From: an uncultured Chloroflexia bacterium
Lineage (GTDB): Bacteria; Chloroflexota; Limnocylindria; Limnocylindrales; CSP1-4
Direction: 5' to 3'
Assembly (NCBI GenBank): GCA_963777975.1
Contig: CAVZSO010000010.1
Location: forward strand, 118,847 to 182,846
DNA: 64,000 nt
The position numbers and the translations under genes were made by a program. How positions within the stretch are numbered: position 1 is the stretch's first letter; every line of letters starts with the position of its first letter. Shown in pieces: positions 1 through 10,362 of this stretch. Below the pieces are notes generated by a model, which saw only the letters and a program-made list of their open reading frames with translations, had not been told where the DNA came from and did no database searches.

Positions 1-446
1 GCCATCGAGCTGTGCGCCCCAGCCGGCGACGGCGCTGAAGAGCTCGTCGCGCATCGGGTCGTAGACCACGCCGACGGTCGGGCGTCCATCGAGCACGAAG
101 CCGATGCTGACGCAGAAGAGGGGCACGCCGTTGGCGTAGTTGACGGTGCCGTCGAGGGGATCGACGACCCAGGCTCGGCCGGCGCCTTCGGATGCATGGG
201 CACCCTGGCCACGTTTGGACCGGTGTTCACCCGACTCCTCGGCCACGATGGCGTCGTCGGGGAAGTGGCTCCGGATGGCACCCAGGATGAGCGCCTCGCA
301 GAGGTGGTCGACTTCGGTCACCACGTCCTTCGGGCCCTTGTGGACGATGCGCTCGAGGCGCTCGTAGCGCTCGAGCTGGATGGCGCCGGCGCCGCGCGCG
401 GCTTCGATGGCCATCGCCAGCTCCGCCGCATGCTCGGTCGTCATCG
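1..446 (-). CDS. inositol monophosphatase (IMPase/SuhB) family protein, N-terminal part; C-terminus lies beyond window start
   Basis: Minus-strand translation gives [20 protein letters not shown]...[45 protein letters not shown], carrying the IMPase WxDPxDGT signature. Start ATG at 444-446. Confidence 0.6.
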
Positions 447-463
447 GCGTCGGGCGTCGCAGT

Positions 464-949
464 TCAACTGCAGTGGACGAGCAGTCGCTCGGCGACCCAG
501 GGCGGATCGTCAGGTCCCGGCGGCGGGACCGTGCGCGCGACCTGGATCGTCCCGCCCGCCTCGATCGAGGACGTCCGGAAGACCGGGTCGGCCGGTGTGC
601 TGACGCCGCCGCGAGTGATCCGGCAGGTTGCGATGTTGGGCGAGCTCCCCGAGTTGGTGACGGCGAAGACGATGTCCGCGCCGCCGTCGGCGAGGCCGAC
701 CGCGCCGAGCACCTCGACCGGGAACGGTCCGATGCTGCCGAGTGCCCAGTTGGCGACGAAGGCCAGGATGAGGAAGCCGATGCCGATGCCGACCACGATC
801 GTGCCGTGGACCTGGGTCGTGCTGGGGCCCTTGAGCGCGGCGGGGTTGTCCTCGTCACAGAGGGCCACGCCGAGGGGCGTCGGCTTGCCGCAGCGGACGC
901 ACGTGTCGTGGGGCTTGGTCAGGTCGATGGTCGGCACGCCCGTCGTCAT
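464..949 (-). CDS. membrane protein with N-terminal zinc-ribbon (CxxC...C) and one TM helix
   Basis: 161-aa ORF with motif [18 protein letters not shown] and hydrophobic segment [21 protein letters not shown]; GC3-rich codon usage. Confidence 0.45.
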   Translation of the reverse strand: MTTGVPTIDLTKPHDTCVRCGKPTPLGVALCDEDNPAALKGPSTTQVHGTIVVGIGIGFLILAFVANWALGSIGPFPVEVLGAVGLADGGADIVFAVTNSGSSPNIATCRITRGGVSTPADPVFRTSSIEAGGTIQVARTVPPPGPDDPPWVAERLLVHCS

Positions 950-986
950 GGCGCCGGCAGCGTATCGCGGATGGACGGTCGATGTG

Positions 987-1835
987 TCAGTTCAGCGAGG
1001 CGCGCTCCGCGGCCGCCAGGACCTCGCCGATCCGATCGCGTCGGACCCAGTTCAGGATGAGCTCATCGGCGCCGGCCTCGCGCCAACCCTCGGCGGCGCC
1101 GACCATATCCACCAGGAGCGGGTCGGAATCGGCCTCCTCGAGCGGTCGCAGGTCCACCGCCACGATGACCTTCACATCGTGGCGGCTCCGCCCGGCGGCC
1201 GCGAGGGCCTCCTCGAAGGCCGGCAGGTCCTTGGCCAGACGCGCCTCGGTGGTCGCCCACGCGTCGCCGACCCGGGCGGCCAGTCGGGCCCCGGCCGGCG
1301 TCTCGCCGCCGATGACGATGCGCGGCGTGGGATCGGGCACGGGGTTGGCGACGGCTTCGGTCAGTCGCGTCCAGCGACCCTCATACGAGACCGGCCCGCC
1401 GGTCCACAGCGCACGCAGGATGGCGACCGTCTCCTCGAGATGCGCGACCCGTTCGGCCGGCGCCGGGAAGTCGATGCCCAGCATCGCCATCTCGTTCGCG
1501 AAGCCGCCGATGCCGATGCCGACGTCCAGCCGCCCCGGCGCCATGGCCGCGACGTTGGCGGTCATCCGGGCCAGCACGCTCGGGTGACGGTTCATGACGT
1601 TGGTGACGAAGGACCCGATGGTCGCTCGCTGGGTGACCGTTGCCGCGCCGGCCAGGGTCGTCCAGCACTCCAACACGGCCCGATGCGTCTCGCCCCGACT
1701 GAGGAAGTGGTCCCAGATGTAGATGCCATCGAAACCGGCAAGGTCCAGCCAGCCTGCCGTCCGCAGCCACCACAACGGCGACACGCCGATGGACGTCGGA
1801 TTGATGCCGATGCGCGGTCGTTGCCGCTCGCTCAC
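987..1835 (-). CDS. LLM-class (luciferase-like) F420-dependent oxidoreductase
   Basis: 282 aa; motifs [28 protein letters not shown] typical of the LLM flavin/F420 oxidoreductase family. Confidence 0.7.
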   Translation of the reverse strand: MSERQRPRIGINPTSIGVSPLWWLRTAGWLDLAGFDGIYIWDHFLSRGETHRAVLECWTTLAGAATVTQRATIGSFVTNVMNRHPSVLARMTANVAAMAPGRLDVGIGIGGFANEMAMLGIDFPAPAERVAHLEETVAILRALWTGGPVSYEGRWTRLTEAVANPVPDPTPRIVIGGETPAGARLAARVGDAWATTEARLAKDLPAFEEALAAAGRSRHDVKVIVAVDLRPLEEADSDPLLVDMVGAAEGWREAGADELILNWVRRDRIGEVLAAAERASLN

Positions 1836-1916
1836 GGGCTGCCTCGTCTACGCTGTCGCGGTCCACTCACTGCCGCCCCACGAATGCAGCGCAGCGTACC
1901 GCGTGGAGGCCCCTCG

Positions 1917-2718
1917 ATGACCAACGAACGCGCAGAGATCGGCATCTTCGGCGGGTCGGGCTTCTACTCCTTCCTCGACGACGCGCACGAGGTCGAGATC
2001 GAGACGCCCTATGGTGCGCCGTCCGCACCGCTGACCCTGGGCTCGATCGGCGGTCGGTCGGTGGCCTTCCTGCCGCGCCACGGCAGGGCCCACCAGTTCC
2101 CGCCGCACATGATCAACTACCGGGCCAACCTGTGGGCGATGCAGGCCTGTGGCGTGCAGCCGGATCGTGGGACCGTGCGCCGTCGGCTCGCTTCGTGCCG
2201 ATGTCCATCCGGGCGAGTTCCTCATCGCCGACCAGCTGGTCGATCGGACCAACGCCCGCAAGGACACGTTCTACGACGGGCCCAAGACCACGCACGTCTC
2301 CTTCGCCGACCCGTACTGCCCGACGCTCCGCCCGATCGCCGTCCAGACCGCGCGCGACGAGGGCATCAGCGTCCACGACCGGGGCACCATGGTCGTCATC
2401 CAGGGACCGCGCTTCTCGACCCGTGCCGAGTCGCGCTGGTTCTCGTCGGCGGGCTGGTCCGTGGTCGGCATGACGCAGTACCCGGAGGCGTACCTGGCCC
2501 GCGAGCTCGAGATCTGCTTCGTCAACGTCTCGCTGGTGACCGACTACGACGCCGGCCTCGAGGACGACGATGCGCCGGTGACGCACGAGGGCGTGCTCGA
2601 GGTCTTCGACGCCAACGTCGAGAAGGTCCGCCGCCTGCTCTTCGCGCTGGTGCCGCGCATCCCGGTCGAACGAGACTGCCCCTGTGCCACGGCCCTCGGC
2701 AGCGCCAGCAGCGACTAG
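1917..2718 (+). pseudogene. mtnP: S-methyl-5'-thioadenosine phosphorylase (MTAP/MtnP) with an apparent +1 frameshift near 2157-2162
   Basis: N-terminal part [19 protein letters not shown]...[31 protein letters not shown] is in frame 0. It continues in frame +1 as [20 protein letters not shown]...[10 protein letters not shown]. One extra C in CAGCCGG joins two halves of a canonical MTAP. Confidence 0.7.
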
Positions 2719-2733
2719 CAGGTCGTCCGGCTG

Positions 2734-3378
2734 GTGACAGACGACACGAGCCTGCTGGATCTCGCCGACTGGCGTCGACGAGTGGCGGAGATGTGGTCCG
2801 AATGGCGGTCCGGCTGCCAGACGGATCCTGCGGCCGCGACGGCGAAGCTGCGCGCCACCCGCGACGTGCTGTACAGGACCCACCCACAGTCTCCACTGCC
2901 CGAGCAGGATCGGGAGCGGTTCGCCGGAGTCCCGACGTGGCCCTACGATCCGGCGTGGCGCCTGCGCGCGTCCCTCGTGCTCGATGCGGGATCCGAACCG
3001 GGGCTGCTGCCCGTGCCGTGGACGGCGCCGTCCACGGTCGCCATGCGGCTCATCGGCCACGTCGATCTGACCGTGCCGTTGGCCGGCCAGCGGCTGCCGG
3101 TCTTCTGGATCGAGGGTTATACCGGCGGTCTCTTCATCCCGTTTCGCGACCTGACGTCGGGAAACGAGACGTACGGGGCGGGCCGATATCTGATCGATAC
3201 GGCGAAGTCCGCGGACCACGGCCGCGATCCGGTGACGGAGGAGTTGGTCCTGGACTTCAACGTCGTCTACCACCCTTCCTGCGTCTACGACCCGCGATGG
3301 ACATGCCCGCTGGCGCCGCCAGGCAGTCGATTGGACGCAGCGGTCCGTGTCGGCGACCGCCTCCCGGCTCCCGCCTGA
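2734..3378 (+). CDS. DUF1684 family protein
   Basis: 214 aa; C-terminal YGAGRYLID...[19 protein letters not shown] matches the DUF1684 signature. Confidence 0.55.
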   Translation: MTDDTSLLDLADWRRRVAEMWSEWRSGCQTDPAAATAKLRATRDVLYRTHPQSPLPEQDRERFAGVPTWPYDPAWRLRASLVLDAGSEPGLLPVPWTAPSTVAMRLIGHVDLTVPLAGQRLPVFWIEGYTGGLFIPFRDLTSGNETYGAGRYLIDTAKSADHGRDPVTEELVLDFNVVYHPSCVYDPRWTCPLAPPGSRLDAAVRVGDRLPAPA

Positions 3379-3489
3379 TCACTCGCCGACGATCACGTCA
3401 TGCCGCCCGGCGGTCCCAGGACGGCCGATGCGACACGTGACCCTCTCTCGCGTACCATCGGCCTACCCTCTCGCCACCCGGAGCCGCCC

Positions 3490-3930
3490 ATGCCCGATGC
3501 CGTTGCCGGATTGACGCCCGCCGTTCGCCGGTACCTCGACGTCCCGCCACGCCACGCCACGCTGGCCACGAGCGGCACCGACGGGACGCCCCATGTGAGC
3601 GTCATCTGGTATCGCCTCGAGGGGGACGACATCCTCGTCAACTCGCGCGTGGGGCGGCGATGGCCGCGTGAGCTGCAGGCTGATCCGCGCTGCGCCCTGA
3701 CGGTCATCCATCCGGACATCGACCACGAGCTGTACGTCGCCATCCAGGCCGAGGCCGAGGTCGTGGCGACCGGGGCCGCGGCGCTGGCCGACATCCAGGC
3801 GCTGGCGCGGCGGTACGGTGGCGATCCGGCCAAGTTCGAGGGCCAGTCGCGCATCAGCTTCCGCCTGCGGCCGACGTCGGTCGTCGTCCACGGTGCGCTC
3901 GAGCCGGCAGCGGCCGAGGTCGGCGCGTGA
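3490..3930 (+). CDS. PPOX-class F420-dependent / pyridoxamine 5'-phosphate oxidase family protein
   Basis: GLTPAVRRYLDVPPRHATLATSGTDGTPHVSVIWYRLEGDDILVNS resembles the Rv1155-like FMN/F420-binding split-barrel fold. GTGA overlap with the downstream fgd. Confidence 0.55.
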   Translation: MPDAVAGLTPAVRRYLDVPPRHATLATSGTDGTPHVSVIWYRLEGDDILVNSRVGRRWPRELQADPRCALTVIHPDIDHELYVAIQAEAEVVATGAAALADIQALARRYGGDPAKFEGQSRISFRLRPTSVVVHGALEPAAAEVGA

Positions 3931-4916
3931 GCCGGCCGAAGATCGGCTACGCGGCGATGCTCGAGCAGTTCCATCCGACCGAGCTGCTCGAGATGTGCAC
4001 GGCCGCGGAAGCGGCCGGCTTCGACGGCATCATGGCGGCCGACCACGTCCAGCCCTGGGTCCCGCAGCAGGGCCAGGCGGCCTATGTCTGGAGCTTCATG
4101 ACGGCGGCCCTGGAGCGCACGCGCGGCGACGTCGGTCCAGGCGTGACCTGTCCCAGCTTCCGCCAGCACCCGGCCATGGTGGCGCAGGCGGCCGCGACCA
4201 TGGCGGCCATGTATCCGGGCCGATTCTGGCTCGGGTTGGGGTCCGGCGAGGCGCTCAACGAGCACATCGTGGCCACGTACTGGCCCGAGGCGCCGGAGCG
4301 GATCGCGCGCATGTTCGAGGCCATCGAGATCATACGCAAGCTCTTCAGCGGCAAGGACGTCAAGCACAAGGGCGAGTACTACCGCATGGAGACGATGCGC
4401 TTGTGGACGATGCCCGCCACGACGCCGCTCATCTATGTCGCCACTGCGGGGCCGATCACGGCCAAGAAGGTGGGCGCCCTGGCGGACGGGATCATCACGG
4501 TCGGCGCTCCCGAGGGCCGGGTCCAGACCCTGATGGAGAAATGCTTCGAGGGCTGCGTCGAGGCGGGCAAGGATCCGGCGAAGTTCAAGTCGATCCTCCA
4601 GCTCCACCTGTCGTGGGCAGCGACGGACGAAGAGGCGATGGCCAACGCGTTGCTCGAGTGGCCGAACGGGGGCATGCGCTTCCCCAAGCAGGACATCCGC
4701 TCGCCGCACGACCTCGAGCAGATGGCCCGACTCGTGCGTCCCGAGGACTTCCAGGGCCGCATGCTCATCAGCTCCGATCTCGAGGCGCACCGACAGGAGA
4801 TCCAGCGCTACCTGGACGTCGGCTTCGACGAGATCTACCTCCACAACGTCGGTCGCAATCAGCTCGAATGGGCGGAGGTCTTCGGCCGTGAGGTCCTGCC
4901 AGGGTTGACCGCGTGA
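3927..4916 (+). CDS. fgd: F420-dependent glucose-6-phosphate dehydrogenase family (LLM class)
   Basis: 329 aa; AAEAAGFDGIMAADHVQPW...LGLGSGEALNEHIV aligns closely with mycobacterial Fgd1 (DHFQPW, LGVGTGEALNE). Confidence 0.7.
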   Translation: MSRPKIGYAAMLEQFHPTELLEMCTAAEAAGFDGIMAADHVQPWVPQQGQAAYVWSFMTAALERTRGDVGPGVTCPSFRQHPAMVAQAAATMAAMYPGRFWLGLGSGEALNEHIVATYWPEAPERIARMFEAIEIIRKLFSGKDVKHKGEYYRMETMRLWTMPATTPLIYVATAGPITAKKVGALADGIITVGAPEGRVQTLMEKCFEGCVEAGKDPAKFKSILQLHLSWAATDEEAMANALLEWPNGGMRFPKQDIRSPHDLEQMARLVRPEDFQGRMLISSDLEAHRQEIQRYLDVGFDEIYLHNVGRNQLEWAEVFGREVLPGLTA

Positions 4917-4959
4917 ACCGGGCCGAGCCCGGCAAACCGACCTGTATCGGCTCCCGGGC

Positions 4960-5916
4960 ATGAGCGCCCTTCGTCGCCCGCCGACGATCGGCATCAACCT
5001 CTGGCCGCAGGACGGAGCCTGGCCGGAGCTGCGCGACGCGGCCGTGGCTGCCGATCGCGCCGGCGTCGACTCGCTCTGGACGTGGGATCACCTGTACGCG
5101 ATCGAAGGCGAGCCGGACCGCCCGATCTTCGAGGCGTGGACGACGCTGGCCGCCTGGGCCGCCCTGACCGAGCGCATCGAGGTCGGGTTGCTCGTCGGGG
5201 CCAATACGTTTCGCAATCCCGGCCTGACCGCCAAGGCTGCCCTGACCATCGACCACATCAGCGGCGGTCGGGCCTGGCTCGGCCTGGGTGGTGCCTGGAA
5301 CGGGGTCGAGCATGAAGCCTTCGGCCTCGACTTCGGCAGCGGCTTCGGCGAGCGGCTGGACCGGCTCGACGAGGCGCTGGCGGCCATCACCGCGCTCTTT
5401 CGTGGAGCGTCTGTGACCTCGCCGGAGGGCGGCGCCTACGGCTTTCATGACCTCGTGGCCCGTCCGCTTCCGGTACGTGGGCCGGGGCGGCTGCCGATCC
5501 TGGTCGGTGGCGGCGGCGAGAAGAAGACGCTGCGCACGACGGCTCGGTACGCCGATGCCTGGCACGGCTTCGGCGGCGTCGAGCGCTTCAAGCGCAAGCT
5601 CGACATCCTCGAGGGCCACTGCGCCGCGGTCGGCCGCGACCTCACGGAGATCGCGTTCTCGTGCGGGCCATACGTCTGCATCCGCGACGAGCCGGCCGAA
5701 GCGCTGCGCGTCCTGAATGCCGCGCTGGCACCGTACGACAGCTCGGCCGAAGACAGCGAGGACACGTGGCTCGGCCCGCCCGAGCGGATCGCCGAGCGCT
5801 GGCGTCCCTTCGCCGACATCGGGGTCACCTTCGCCATCGCCGACCTGCCATCGCCGTACGATCGCGAGACGATCGAGCGCTGGCCAGAGGTACGAGCGCT
5901 CATGGCAGGCGCATGA
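4960..5916 (+). CDS. LLM-class F420-dependent oxidoreductase
   Basis: 318 aa; IGINLWPQDG, VDSLWTWDHL, AWLGLGGAWN; ATGA overlap with cofD start. Confidence 0.65.
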   Translation: MSALRRPPTIGINLWPQDGAWPELRDAAVAADRAGVDSLWTWDHLYAIEGEPDRPIFEAWTTLAAWAALTERIEVGLLVGANTFRNPGLTAKAALTIDHISGGRAWLGLGGAWNGVEHEAFGLDFGSGFGERLDRLDEALAAITALFRGASVTSPEGGAYGFHDLVARPLPVRGPGRLPILVGGGGEKKTLRTTARYADAWHGFGGVERFKRKLDILEGHCAAVGRDLTEIAFSCGPYVCIRDEPAEALRVLNAALAPYDSSAEDSEDTWLGPPERIAERWRPFADIGVTFAIADLPSPYDRETIERWPEVRALMAGA

Positions 5917-6872
5917 CCGATCGGGTCGTGATGCTGGCCGGCGGCTACGGCGGCGCCAAGCTGAGCCACGGCGTGGCCATGCTGGCAGAGGCACCGGGGT
6001 CGGATATCGAGCTCTCGGTCATCGTCAACACCGGCGACGACCTCGAGCTCCACGGCCTGCTCGTCTGCCCGGACCTCGACACCGTCATGTACACATTGGC
6101 CGGCCTGGCCAACGACGCCACCGGCTGGGGGGTGCGCGACGAGACCTGGTCGGCGCGAGCGATGCTCGAGCGCTATGGGCAGGAGACGTGGTTCGGCCTC
6201 GGCGACCGGGACATCGCGACCCACCTCCTGCGCTCGAAGCGGATGCGCGCCGGCGTCCGGCTGACCGAGGTCGAGGCCGAGCTGACACACGCCCTGGGCA
6301 TCCACGCCCAGCTGCTGCCCATGACCGACGACATCGTGCGCACCAAGCTGCGGACCGACGACGGCTGGCTCTCGTTCCAGGACTACTTCGTCCAGCGCCA
6401 TCATGCCGACGACGTCCACGAGGTGCACTTCCACGGCATCGAGCACGCGCAGGCGACGACCGAGGCGCTCGAAGCCATCGCCCACGCCGACCGGATCCTG
6501 ATCGCGCCGTCGAACCCGTTCGTCAGCGTCGGCACCATCCTGGCCGTGCCTGGCCTGCTCGACGCGCTGCTCGACGCCGAGGCGCCGATCATCGCCGTCA
6601 GCCCGCTCATCGGCGGCGCCGCCGTGCGCGGCCCGGCCGACCGGATGTTCGTGACCCTTGGCGGCGAGGCGTCGGCCAGCGGCGTCGCGCGTCACTACGT
6701 GGAGCGCTACCCGGGCCTCCTCGATGCCATCATCATCGACGAGGTCGACGCCCACGAGGCGGACGCCGTCCGTGCCCTCGGCATCGCCGTCGACGTGGCA
6801 CGCACGCTCATGCTCTCGAACGACGACCGACGTGAGGTGGCTCTGGCAGCGCTCGCCCTGGAGACGCGTTGA
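5913..6872 (+). CDS. cofD: 2-phospho-L-lactate transferase (F420 biosynthesis, CofD/FbiA)
   Basis: MTDRVVMLAGGYGGAKLSHG...VIVNTGDDLELHGLLVCPDLDTVMYTLAGL...NPFVSVGTILAVPG are typical CofD motifs. Confidence 0.8.
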   Translation: MTDRVVMLAGGYGGAKLSHGVAMLAEAPGSDIELSVIVNTGDDLELHGLLVCPDLDTVMYTLAGLANDATGWGVRDETWSARAMLERYGQETWFGLGDRDIATHLLRSKRMRAGVRLTEVEAELTHALGIHAQLLPMTDDIVRTKLRTDDGWLSFQDYFVQRHHADDVHEVHFHGIEHAQATTEALEAIAHADRILIAPSNPFVSVGTILAVPGLLDALLDAEAPIIAVSPLIGGAAVRGPADRMFVTLGGEASASGVARHYVERYPGLLDAIIIDEVDAHEADAVRALGIAVDVARTLMLSNDDRREVALAALALETR

Positions 6873-6971
6873 TGGGCTCGGCGGTCTCCTTCGTCCGCCT
6901 CTCGGCTGGAGGGGCCGAGCGGTCGGCTCGTAACCCTCCACGGATCGACGAGGTCGGCGCATCATCCGTCG

Positions 6972-9596
6972 GTGCCGCACCAGCTGCCGACGGGGACCCT
7001 GACCTTTCTGTTCACCGACATCGAGGGGTCCACGCGCCTGCTGCAGCGCCTCGGAGCTCGCTACGCGGACGTGCTCGAACGACACGGCGCCATCGTTCGT
7101 GACGCGCTGACGGCACATGGCGGCGTCGAGGTCGGCACCGAGGGCGATGGCTTCTTCGCCGTCTTCCCGATCGCCTCGCAGGCCGTCGCGGCCGCCGTCA
7201 CCGCTCAACGTGACATGGCCGCGGAGGGCTGGCCGGACGACTCGACGGTGCGAGTCCGGATGGGCCTGCATACCGGCGAGGGACGCCTGGGCGGCGACAG
7301 CTACGCCGGCCTGGACGTCCATCGCGCCGCCCGGATCGCCGGCCTGGCGCAGGGAGGCCAGGTGCTCCTGTCCGCGGCGACGCGGTCGCTCGTCGAGGAC
7401 GTGCTGCCGGACGGGGTGTCCCTGCGCGACCTGGGTGCCCATCAGCTCAAGGACTTCGACCAGCCAGAACGCCTGGTCCAGCTGGTCATCGAGGGCCTTG
7501 CCAACGACTTCCCGGCTCTGGCCTCGCTCGATGTGCGGGTCGCCCTGCCGAGAGAGGCGACAAGCTTCGTCGGGCGCCGCCAGGAGATCGACGAGGCGAC
7601 GATGCTGCTGACGACCAGCCGCCTGTTGACCCTGACCGGCCCAGGAGGCACTGGCAAGACGCGGCTCGCGATCAGGATCGCGGCCGAGGTGCGGGACGGA
7701 TTCCGAGACGGCGTGCAGTTCGTGGACCTGTCGGCTCTTGCCGACGCGACATTGGTGGGCCCGACCATCGCTCGCAGCCTCGGCCTTCGCGAAGACGCCT
7801 CGCGATCGATGACCGAGTCGCTCAAGGACCACCTCAGACCGCGCCACATGCTGCTGGTCCTCGACAACCTCGAGCGACTGCTGCCGGCAGCCGGCCTCAT
7901 CGAAGAGCTGCTGGCGGACTCCGCTGGACTGCGTGTCCTCGCCACCAGCCGCAGCGCCCTGCACGTCTATGGGGAGCAGGAGTTCCCGGTCCCGCCGCTC
8001 GCCCTGCCGGCCGCCGACGAGCGGCTCGACGAGGACGCGTTGGCACGGTTTGCCGCCATCGCGCTGTTCATCGACCGCGCACAGGCGGTGAAGCCCGCAT
8101 TCGTGCTGTCGCCGGAGAACGCGGCAGCCGTGGCCGATATCTGCCTCCGGCTCGACGGTCTGCCGCTCGCAATCGAGCTGGTGGCCAGCCGGGTCCGGAT
8201 GCTCGAACCGGCGGAGATCCTCATCCGGCTCTTGGATCGGCTGCCGGTCATGGGCGCCGGCGGCAGCGGCGTGCCGGCTCGCCAGCGAACCCTGCAGGGT
8301 GCGATCGACTGGAGCTACGACCTGCTGACGGGACAGGAGCAGGCCCTCTTCGCTCGACTGGCCGTGTTCTCGGGCGGTTGCACCCTGGAGTCCGCAGATG
8401 AGGTCTGCAATCCGGACGGCGAGCTGGGGCTCGACACCTTCGACGGGATCGCCTCCCTGGTCGATCGCAGCCTGCTGCGGCAGGCAGCCGACTCCGGCCG
8501 ATCCCGGTTCCAGATGCTCCAGACGATCCGCGACTACGGGCTGGATCGATTGACGATCGAGGATTCGATGACGACCATCGGACGTCGACACTCTGCGCAT
8601 TTCCGAGCTCTCGGCGAGACCGCCGAGGCGCACTTCCTGGGACCGGACCGCGGCGAGTGGCTCGACCGTTTCGAGGCCGAGGCCGACAACGTCCGGGGCA
8701 CGCTGGGACGATCATCGGAGTCCGGCGACTCCGAGACCGGCCTGCGGCTGGCGTCGGCGATCTGGCGCTTCTGGCTGCAGCGCGGGTACCTGCGCGAGGG
8801 TCGTACCTGGCTCGAGACGCTCCTCGCGACGGAGCCAGATTGTTCGCCGGCGATCCTGGCCAAGGCGTACACGGCACTCGGCGGATTGACCTACTGGCTG
8901 TCGGATGCCGAAGCCACCGAGCTCGCCTACGAGGGCGCGGTACGGCTGCGCCGCGGTTCGGGCGACCGCGGCGCCGAGGCAGCGGCGATGTACGACCTGG
9001 CGTTCGTGCCCGTCATGCGCGGTGACCACGACGAAGCGCGCCGGCGGCTCGAGGCGAGCCTTGAGCTGGCCAAGGTGGCGGGGCGTCCCGATGTCGTCGC
9101 GCTGGCCCAGCACTCCTTGGGCCTCGTGATGACGGTGGGCGGCGATCCTCGGTCCGGGCTCGCATACCAGGAGGCCTCGCTGGCCTACTTCCGGGCCTCG
9201 GGCGACCGCTTCCAGACCGCTTGGACGCTGTCCGGCATCGGTCTCGCCTTCGCCTTCCTGGGTCGGCGCGCGGAGGCGCGGGCGAGATACATGGAGAGCC
9301 TGAGGCTGCACGCCGAAGCCAGGAACCTGCCCGGCATCGGAGCCGGCCTGGAGGTGTTGGCGATGCTCGAGTCGACGGGCGGCCACCACGCGCCTGCCGT
9401 CCAGCTGGCGGCGGCGGTCGAGGCGCTGCGTGCGACGACCGGCGCTTCGGCACCCTTGATGTTCACGCACGCGATCGATGTCGTGGGCCCGGCAACGCGC
9501 GCCCTGGGAGCCGCCGCGGTGGAGGCGGCACAGCGGGAGGGCCGGCGGATGACCATCGATGAGGTGATCGAATACGCCGCCGGCCTCCACGATTAG
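6972..9596 (+). CDS. adenylate/guanylate cyclase domain - AAA/NB-ARC ATPase - TPR repeat signalling protein (no C-terminal LuxR HTH)
   Basis: GTG start. N-terminal class III cyclase motif LTFLFTDIEGSTRL...GLHTGE, then Walker A GPGGTGKTRLA, then a TPR-like C-terminal half. 874 aa. Confidence 0.7.
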   Translation: MPHQLPTGTLTFLFTDIEGSTRLLQRLGARYADVLERHGAIVRDALTAHGGVEVGTEGDGFFAVFPIASQAVAAAVTAQRDMAAEGWPDDSTVRVRMGLHTGEGRLGGDSYAGLDVHRAARIAGLAQGGQVLLSAATRSLVEDVLPDGVSLRDLGAHQLKDFDQPERLVQLVIEGLANDFPALASLDVRVALPREATSFVGRRQEIDEATMLLTTSRLLTLTGPGGTGKTRLAIRIAAEVRDGFRDGVQFVDLSALADATLVGPTIARSLGLREDASRSMTESLKDHLRPRHMLLVLDNLERLLPAAGLIEELLADSAGLRVLATSRSALHVYGEQEFPVPPLALPAADERLDEDALARFAAIALFIDRAQAVKPAFVLSPENAAAVADICLRLDGLPLAIELVASRVRMLEPAEILIRLLDRLPVMGAGGSGVPARQRTLQGAIDWSYDLLTGQEQALFARLAVFSGGCTLESADEVCNPDGELGLDTFDGIASLVDRSLLRQAADSGRSRFQMLQTIRDYGLDRLTIEDSMTTIGRRHSAHFRALGETAEAHFLGPDRGEWLDRFEAEADNVRGTLGRSSESGDSETGLRLASAIWRFWLQRGYLREGRTWLETLLATEPDCSPAILAKAYTALGGLTYWLSDAEATELAYEGAVRLRRGSGDRGAEAAAMYDLAFVPVMRGDHDEARRRLEASLELAKVAGRPDVVALAQHSLGLVMTVGGDPRSGLAYQEASLAYFRASGDRFQTAWTLSGIGLAFAFLGRRAEARARYMESLRLHAEARNLPGIGAGLEVLAMLESTGGHHAPAVQLAAAVEALRATTGASAPLMFTHAIDVVGPATRALGAAAVEAAQREGRRMTIDEVIEYAAGLHD

Positions 9597-9659
9597 CCGC
9601 TGCACGAGTCGCGTGAGGGCCGGCGACATCCGACCGCGAGCGTCGCCTACCATCCGTCC

Positions 9660-10349
9660 GTGGCGCCCACCAGACCTGCCGACCTCAGCCAGCTCCACGT
9701 CATCGTGCCGGTCCGCGCGCTCGACGACGGTAAGAAGCGCCTCAGCCCGGTGCTGGGCGAGCAGCAACGAGCGCTGCTCGTAGCCGGCCTCCTCGAACGC
9801 ACGCTTGAGGTCCTTCGGGCGTGGGGCGGGGCGGCGGCGATCCATGTCGTGAGCCCCGACCCTGCCGTCATGCCGCTCGCGCGCTCGGCCGGGGCTCGGC
9901 CGATCCTCCAGGCGGACGAAGGGCTCAACGAGGGCATCGGCGCGGCGCGCGCGATCGCCGTCGGCGGCGGCGCCACGGCCATCCTGATCCTGCCCGCCGA
10001 CCTGCCCGTCCTGGAAGCCGACGCCCTCGACGCGCTCGTCGACGCGGCGGATGCCGCGCTCGCGGCGGGCGGCGGTCGGCCGGTCGTCGTCGTCGCGCCG
10101 GCAGATGCGCGAAGCGGCACGAATGGGCTCCTGCTCTCCCCACCCGACGCGATCGCGCCCGGCTTCGGGCCAGCCAGCCTGGAGCGCCACCTTCGGGCCG
10201 CGGAGGCCGCCGGGGCCTCGACGCAGCTCGTGGTCGATGCCGCTCTTGGCTTCGACCTCGACACGCCCGACGACCTGACGCTGCTGGGGCCAGCACGCCT
10301 GGCGAAGCTGATGCGGCCGACCCCACCACGCGCCTCGACGGTCCCATGA
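9660..10349 (+). CDS. cofC: 2-phospho-L-lactate / phosphoenolpyruvate guanylyltransferase (CofC/FbiD)
   Basis: GTG start; HVIVPVRALDDGKKRL, TNGLLLSPPDAIAPGFGPASLERH typical of CofC. Confidence 0.7.
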   Translation: MAPTRPADLSQLHVIVPVRALDDGKKRLSPVLGEQQRALLVAGLLERTLEVLRAWGGAAAIHVVSPDPAVMPLARSAGARPILQADEGLNEGIGAARAIAVGGGATAILILPADLPVLEADALDALVDAADAALAAGGGRPVVVVAPADARSGTNGLLLSPPDAIAPGFGPASLERHLRAAEAAGASTQLVVDAALGFDLDTPDDLTLLGPARLAKLMRPTPPRASTVP

Positions 10350-10362
10350 GCCGACGGTCGGG

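Noticed and set aside
531-3440. 969-aa ORF on + strand spanning several genes
   Set aside because: It runs through and antisense to well-supported genes (LLM oxidoreductase, mtnP, DUF1684). Its composition is Arg/Pro/Gly-rich, typical of stop-poor frames in >70% GC DNA. No family motifs.
5445-8633. 1062-aa minus-strand ORF
   Set aside because: Antisense to cofD and the cyclase-ATPase-TPR gene; low-complexity R/G/A/D composition; GC artefact.
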